Shown one piece after another: positions 56,301-64,000 of a stretch of 64,000 nt of DNA. The notes below the pieces were generated by a model, which had not been told where the DNA came from, did not search any database, and saw nothing but the letters and a program-made list of their open reading frames with translations. Numbering within the stretch: the stretch's first letter is position 1; every line of letters begins with the position of its first letter. The stretch is from the human T2T-CHM13v2.0 reference genome, Homo sapiens. The stretch is taken from the NCBI RefSeq assembly GCF_009914755.1, contig NC_060943.1; one strand, given 5' to 3'. A program made the translations under genes and the position numbers.

Positions 56301-59300
56301 TGCACTCAACTCACGAAGTTGAAACTTCCTTTTGATAGAGCAGTTTTGAAACACTCTTTTTGTAGTATCTGCAGGTGGATATTTAGAGTGGTTTGAAGCC
56401 TCCATTGGATACGGGAATATATTCACATTAAAAACTAGACAGAAGCATTCTCAGAAACTTCCTTATGATGTGTGCATTCAATTCAGAGAGTTGAAATCTC
56501 CTTTTGATAGAGCAGTTTTGAAACACTCTTTTTGTAGAATCTGCAAGTGGAGATTACTAGTGGTTAGAGGCCTTCATTGGAAACGGGAATATCTCCACAT
56601 AAAAACTAGACAGAAGCATTCTCAGAAATTTCTTTGTGATGTGTCCTTTCCACTCACAGAGTGGAACCTTCCTTTTGTTAGAGCAGTTTTGAAACACTCT
56701 TTTTGTGTATATGCAAGTGGATATATGGAGTGCTTTGAAGCCTTCGTTAGAAAAGGGAATATATTCACTTAAAAACTAGATGGAAGCATTCTCAGAAACT
56801 CCCTTGTAATGTGTGCATTCAACTCACAGAGTTGAACCTTACTTTTGATAGAGCAGTTTTGAAACACTCTTTTTGTAGAATCTGCAAGTGTATATTTGGA
56901 GTGCTTTGAAGCCTTCGTTGGAAACTGGAATATACTCACATAAAAACTAGACAGAAGCATTCTCAGAAACTTCTTTCTGATGTGCGCATTCAACTCACAG
57001 ATTTGAACCTTCCTTTTGATAGAGCAGTTTGGAAACACACTTTTTGTATAATCTGCAAGTGGATATTTCCAGTGGAGAGAAGCCTTCGTTGGAAAAGGGA
57101 ATATCTCCACGTAAAAAATAGACGGAAGCATTCTCAGAAACTTCCTTGTAATGTGTGCATTCAACTCACAGAGTTGAACCTTCCTTTTGATGGAGCAGAT
57201 TTGAAACACTCTTTTTGTAGAATATGCAAGTGGATATTTGGAGTGCTTTGAAGCCTTCGTTGGAAACGGAAATATTTTCACATAAAAAGTAGACAGAAGG
57301 ATTCTCAGAAACTACTTTGTGATGAGTTCTCCTTTTGATAGAGCAGTTTTGAAACACTCTTTTGTATAATCTACACGTGGATATTGGGATCCTTTTAACG
57401 CCTCTGGTAGAAAAGGAAATTTCTTTATATAAAAACTTGAAAGAAGCATTCTCATAATCTAGTTTCTGATGTGTGCATTCAACTCACAGATTTTAACCTT
57501 TCTTTTCATAGGGCAGTTTTGAAACACTATTTTTGTAGAATCTGCAAGTGGATATTTTGACTGCTTTGAGGAATTCCTTGGAAATGGGAATATCGTCACA
57601 TAAATACCAGACAGAAGCATTCTCAGAAACTTCTTTGTGATGTTTGCATTCAACTCACAGAGTTGGACCTTTCTTTTCATAGAGCTGTTTTGAAACACTC
57701 TTTTAGTTGAATCTGCAATTGGATATTTGGAGCGCTTTGTGGCCGATTGTAAAAAAAGTAATATCTTCAAATAACAACTAGACAGAAGCATTCTCAGAAA
57801 CCAGGTTGTGATGTGTGCTTACAACTCACAGAATTTAACCTTTCTTTTGATAAAGCAGTTTAGAAACCCTCTTTTTGTAGGATCTGCAAGTGGATAATTG
57901 CAGTGCTTTGAAGCCTTCGTTGGAAACGGGAATATCTTCACATAAAAACTAGACAGAAGCCTTCTCAAAAACTACTTTGTGATGTGTGCATTCAGTTCAC
58001 AGAGTTTAACCTATCTTTTGACAGAGCAGTTTTGAAACACTCTTAATGTAGAATCTGCAAGTGGACATTTGGAGCACTTTGAGGGCTATGGTGGAAAAGG
58101 AAATATCTTCACATAAAAACTAGACAGAAGCATTCTCAGAAACTTCTTTGTGATGTTTGCATTCAACTCAGAGAGTTAAACATTTCCTTTGCTAGAGCAG
58201 ATTTGAAACACTCTTTTTGTAGAATCTGCAAGTGGATATTTTGACCCTTTGTGTCCTTCGTTGGAAACGGGAATACCTTCACATAAAAACTGGACGGAAG
58301 GATTCTCAGAAACTTCCTTGCGATGTGTGCATTCAACTCACAGAGTTGAACCTTCCTTTTGATAGAGCAGTTTTGAAGCACTCTTTTTGTAGTAACTGCA
58401 AGTGTATTTTTGGAGTGCTTTGAAACCTTCACTGGAAACCGGAATATATTCACATAAAAATTAGACAGAAGCATTCTCAGAAATTTCCTTTTGATGTGTG
58501 CATTCAACTCACAGAGTTGAACCTTCCTTTTGATAGAGCATTTTTGAAACACTCTTTTTGTGGAATCTGCAAGTGGTTAGAGGCCTTCGTTGGAAACGGG
58601 AATATCTCCACATAAAAACTGGACTGAAGCATTCTCAGAAACTTCCTTGTGATGTGTGCATTCAACTCAGAGAGTTGAAATCTTCTTTTGATAGAGCAGT
58701 TTTGAAACCTCTTTTTGTAGAATCTGCAAGTGGGTATTACTAGTGGTTAGAGGCCTTCGTTGGAAATGGGAATATCTCCACATAAAAACTAGACAGAAGC
58801 ATTCTCAGAAATTTCTTTGTGATGTGTGCATTCAACTCACAGATTTGAGCCTTCCTTTGGTAGAGCAGTTTGGAAACACTCTTTTTGTAGAATGTGCAAG
58901 TGGATATTTCTAGTGGTGAGAAGCCTTCGTTGAAATGGGAATATCTCCACAGAAAAAATTGACAGAAGCATTCTCAGAAACTTCTTTGGGATGTGTGCAT
59001 TCAACTCACAGATTTGAACCTCCTTTTGATAGAGCAGATTTGAAACACTGTTTTTGTAGAACATGCAGGTGGATATTTGGAATGCTTTGAAGCCTTCGTT
59101 GGAAACGGGAATATCTTCACATAAAAAGTAGACAGAAGGATTCTGAGAAACTACTTTGTGACGAGTGCATTCAACTCACAGAGTTTGCACTCGTTTTGAT
59201 AAAGCAGTTTTGAAACCCTCTTTTTGTAGAATCTACACGTGGATATTTGGATACATTTAAGGCCTCAGGTAGAAAAGGAAATTTCTTCATGTAAAAATTA

Positions 59301-62300
59301 GAAAGAGGCATTCTCAGAATCTAGTTTCTGATGTGTGCATTCAACGCACGGATTTTAACCTTTCTTTTGATAGAGCAGTTTTGAAACACTATTTTTGTAG
59401 ATTCTGCAAGTGGATATTTTGACTGCTTTGACGAATTCATTGGAAACGGGAATATTGTCACATAAATACCAGACAAAAGAATTCTCAGAAACTTCTTTGT
59501 GATGTTTGCATTGAACTCAGAGAGTTGGACATTTGTTTTCATGGAGCAGTTTTGTAACACTCTTTTGGTAGTATCTGAAATTGGATATTTGGAGCTATTT
59601 GAGGCCTTTGGTAGAAAAACAAATATCTTTAAATAAAAACTACACAGAAGCATTATCAGAAACCAGTATGTGACGTGTGCTTACAACACACATAATTTAA
59701 CTTTCCTTTGATAGAGCAGTTTTGAAACATTCTGTTTGTAATTTCTGCAAGTGGATAATGGAGTGCTTTGAAGCCTTCTTTGGAAACAGGGAATATCTTC
59801 ACCTAAAAGGTAGACAGAAGAATTCTCAAAAACTACTTGGTGATGTGTGCATTCAACTTACAGAGTTTAACTATCTTTTGACAGAGCAGTTTTGAAACAC
59901 TCTTATTGTAGAATCTGCAAGTAGACATTTGGAGCACCTAGAGGGCTGTGGTGGAAAAGGAAATATCTTCACATAAAAACTAAACAGAAGGACGCTCAGA
60001 AACTTCTTTGTGATGTTTGCATTCAACTAAGAGAGTTAAACATTTCTTTTGCTAGAGCAGTTTTGAAACACTCTTTTTGTAGAATCTGCAAATGGATATT
60101 TTGACCTCTTTGTTTCCTTCGTTGGAAACGGGAATATCTTCACATAAAAAATGGACAGAAGCATCCTCAGAAACTTCCTTGTGATGTGTGCATTCAACTC
60201 GCAGAGGTGAACCTTCCTTTTGATAGAGCAGTTTTGAAACACTCTTTTTGTAGTGTCTGCAATTGGATATTTGGAGTGCTTTGAAGCCTTCATTGGAAAA
60301 GTGAATATATTCACATAAAAACTAGACTGAAGCATTCCCAGAAACTTCCTTTTGATGTGTACATTCAACTCACTGAGTTCAACCTTCCTTTGGATAGAGC
60401 AGTTTTGAAACACTCTTTTTGTAGAATATGCATGTAGATAATTGTAGAACTTTGAAGTCTTCTTTGGAAACGGCTATATCTCCACATAAAAACTAGACAG
60501 AAGCATTCTCAGAAATTTCTTTGCGATGTGTGCATTCAACTCACAGAGTTGAACCTTCCTTTTGTAGAGTAGTTTTGAAACACTCTTTTTGTAGAATCTG
60601 CAAGTGGCTATTTTGACCGCTTGGTGTCCTTCGTTGGAAACGGAAATGTCTTCACATAAAAACTGGACAGAAGCATTCTCAGAACCTTCCTTGTGATGTG
60701 TGACTTCAACTCACAGATTTGAACCTTCCTTTTGACAAAGCAGATTGGAAACACTCTTTTTGAAGTGTCTGCATTTGGATATTTGGAGTTCTTTGAAGCC
60801 TTCGTAGGAAACGGGAATATATTCACATAAAAACTAGACAGAAGCATTCCCAGAAACTTCCTTGTGATGTGTGTATTCAACTCACAGAGTTGAACCTTTC
60901 TTTTGGTAGAGCAGTTTTGAAACATTCTTTTTGTAGTATTTGCAAGTGTATATTTGGAGTGGTTTGAAGCCTTCGTTGGAAACGGGAATATATTCACATA
61001 AAAACTAGACAGAAGAATTCTCAGAAACTTCCTTGTGACGTGTGCATTCAACTCACAGAGTTGAACCTTCCTTTTGATAGAGCAGTTTGGAAACACTCTT
61101 TTTGTAGAATCTGCAAGTGGATATTTCTAGTGGAGATAAGCCTTCATTGGAAACGGGAATATCATCACATAAAATGTAGACAGAAAGATTCTGAGATACT
61201 ACTTTGTGATGAGTGCATTCAACTCTCAGAGTTGAAATCTTCTTTTGATAGAGCAGATTTGCAACACTCTTTTTGTAGAATATGCATGAGGATATTTGGA
61301 TCCCTTTAAGTCCTCTGGTAGAAAAGGCAATTGCTTTTTATAAAAACTAGAAAGAAGCATTCTCCGAATCTAGTTTCTGATGTGTGCATTCAATGCACAG
61401 ATTTTAAACTTTCTTTGGATAGAGCAGTTTTGAAACACTCTTTTTGTAGAATCTGCAAGTGGATATTTTGACTGCTTTGAGGAATTCATTGGAAACGGGA
61501 ATATCGTCACATAAATACCAGACAGAAGCATTCTCAGAAACTCCTTTGTGATGTTTGCATTCAACTCACAGAGTTGGTCCTTTCTTTTCATAGAGCAGTT
61601 TTGAAACACTCTTTTAGGAGAATCTGCAATTGGATATTTGGAGCGCTTTGTGGCCGATTGTAGAAAAAGTAATATCTTCAAATAAAAACTTGACAGAAGC
61701 ATTCTCAGAAACCAGTTTGTGACGTGTGGTTACAACTCAACGAATTTAACCTTTGTTTTGATAGAGCAGTTTTGAAACACTATTTTTGTAGGATCAGCAA
61801 GTGGATAATTGGAATGCTTTGAAGCCTTCATTGGAAACGGGAATATCTTCACCTAAAAACTAGACAGAAGCATTCTCAAAAAGTACTTTGTGATGTGTGC
61901 ATTCAACTCACAGGGTTAACCTAACTTTTGACAGAGCAGTTTTGAAACACTCTTAACGTAGAATCTGCAAGTGGACATTTGGAGCACTTTGAGGGCTATG
62001 GTGGAAAAAGAAATATCTTCACATAAAAACTAGACAGAAGCATTCTCAGAAACTACTTTGTGATGATTGCATTCAACTCAGAGAGTTAAACATTTCTTTT
62101 GCTAGAGCAGTTTTGAAACACTGTTTTTGTAGAATCTGCAAGTGGATATTTTGACCGCTTTTTGTCCTTCGTTGGAAACGGGAATATCTTCACAAAAAAA
62201 CTGGACAGAAGCATTCTCAGAAACATCCTTGTGATGTGTGCATTCAACTCACAGAGTTGAAACTTCCTTTTGATGAGCAGTTTTGAAATACTCTTGTTGT

Positions 62301-63492
62301 AGTATCTGCAACTGTATATTTGGAGTGCTTTGAAACCTTCGTTGGAAACGGGAATATATTCACATGAAAACTGACAGAAGGATTCTCAGAAACTTCCTTG
62401 TGATGGGTGCATTCAACTCACAGAGTTGAACCTTCCATTTGTTAGAGCAGTTTTGAAACTTCTTTTTGTAGTATCTGCAAGTGTATATTTGGAGTGCTTT
62501 GAAGCCTTCATTGGAAACGGGAATATATTCACATAAAAACTAGACAGTTGCATTCTCAGAAACTACTTTGTGATGTGTGCATTCAACCCACAGAGTTGAA
62601 CCTTCCCTTTGATAGAGCAGTTTTGAAACACTCTTTTTGTAGAATCTACACATGGATATTTGGATCCCTTTAATGCCTGTGGTAGAAAAGGAAATTTCTT
62701 TATATAAAAACTAGAAAGAAGCATTCTCAGAATTTTGTTTCTGATGTGTGCACTCAACGCACAGATTTTAACCTTTCTTTTGATAGAGCAGTTTTGAAAC
62801 ACTATTTTTGTAGAATCTGCAAGTGGATATTTTGACTGCTTTGAGGAATTCATTGGAAACGGGAATATCGTCAGATAAATACCAGACAGAAGCATTTTCA
62901 GAAACTTTATTGTGATGTTTGCATTCAACTCACAGAGTTGGACCTTTCTTTTCATAGAGCAGTTTTGAAACACTCCTTTTGTAGATCTACAAGAGGATGA
63001 TTTGACCGCTTGGTGTCCTTTGTTGGAAAAATGAATGTCTTCAAATAAAAACTGGACAGAGGCATTCTCAGAGGCTTCCTTGGGATGTGTGCTTTCAACT
63101 CACTGAGTTGAACCTTCCTTTTGGTAGACCAGTTTTGAAACACTCTTTAAGAGGTATCTGCAAGTGTATATTTGGAGTGCTTTGAAGCCTTCGTTGGAAA
63201 CGGGATTATATTCACATAAAAACTAGAAAGAAACATTCTCAGAAACTTCCTTGTGATGTGTGCATTCAACTCACAGAGTTGAAAATTCCTTTTGATAGAG
63301 CAGATTTGAAACACTCTTTTTGTAGTATCTGCAAATGTATATTTGGAGTGCTTTGAAGCCTTCATTGGAAACCGGAATATATTCAAATAAAAACTACACA
63401 ATTGCATTCTCAGAAACTTCTTTGTGATGGGTGCATTCAACTCACAGAGTTGAACCTTCCTTTTGATAGAGCAGTTTTGAAACACTGTTTTT
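47323..63492 (+). repeat. Alpha satellite, divergent, B-type rich with recurring ordered monomer variants
   Basis: ~171-bp monomers. Multi-monomer blocks recur (e.g. GTGGCCGATTGTA at ~57739 and ~61649). Confidence 0.97.
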
Positions 63493-63975
63493 TTGTTTTT
63501 AGCAATGTATCAAATAATCTATTTTTTCAATGCATGTTTATGTTAACATAACAAAAGTCATATTGCATTTATTAATTTTACACTGTTTTTATCAATGATT
63601 GCCATAAATATTTGTTTGTTAAGTTCTTTGTGAATATTTTTAATTGTGTGTATTTTATTAATCATAATACATTCATGCATTTTCTCCTTGTTTGAATTTT
63701 ACTTTGTATCCAAATTTTGTCAGTATGAAAAATGATGCAAACAAAAATATTCTTTTGCAAACATTTTGCCTGTATGTCTGGTTATCTTATTTCTTAAACT
63801 ACTAATACAGCTTAAGCTGCATTCCCGAAGCTATTTATATAGATTACCAACTATGTCTGAAAAATAGAACTAATATTTAAAATTTAGAATGATTTTCTAT
63901 ACATTTGATATTAGCCAAAAGACCTATACATAAATGGAAATTCTCGTTCCCAGTTAATAGTTTCTGGCTTCACAG
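63493..63975 (-). mobile_element. 483-bp AT-rich retroposed non-satellite segment (orphan 3' transduction or truncated retrocopy)
   Basis: Flanked by 15-bp TSD TGAAACACTGTTTTT (63478-63492) / TGAAACACTCTTTTT (63976-63990). T-rich tract at the left end. The alpha monomer resumes in register. Confidence 0.8.
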
Positions 63976-64000
63976 TGAAACACTCTTTTTGTAGAATCTG
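63976..64000 (+). repeat. Alpha satellite resumes
   Basis: TGAAACACTCTTTTTGTAGAATCTG. Confidence 0.9.

Overview
Hominid (human/great-ape type) pericentromeric DNA with no functional host genes. About 43 kb is divergent ~171-bp alpha satellite in one orientation, irregularly mixing CENP-B-box (B-type) and pJalpha-box (A-type) monomers, resembling the SF5/R1-R2 monomeric layer. It carries five target-primed insertions. Three are full-length L1PA2/L1PA3-grade LINE-1s: L1-A 930-6958 (-), L1-B 8771-14844 (+) and L1-C 36326-42411 (+). One is a 5'-inverted, twin-primed 2.1-kb L1 (L1-D, 45192-47322). One is a 483-bp non-satellite segment with a TSD and short poly(A) (63493-63975). The most unusual signal is that the three separately inserted full-length L1s share the same 2-bp ORF1 frameshift, and L1-A and L1-B also share an ORF2 stop and a 4-bp ORF2 deletion. 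Private variants are shared in a mosaic pattern across all four L1s, pointing to a trans-mobilised defective L1 lineage and/or gene conversion among L1s embedded in satellite. The satellite shows recent 2-, 3- and 4-monomer tandem duplications, templated repair scars and a relict higher-order pattern. Comparisons to L1, MaLR and alpha consensus sequences are from memory and by eye, not from a database search. Species and chromosome cannot be fixed from the sequence alone.
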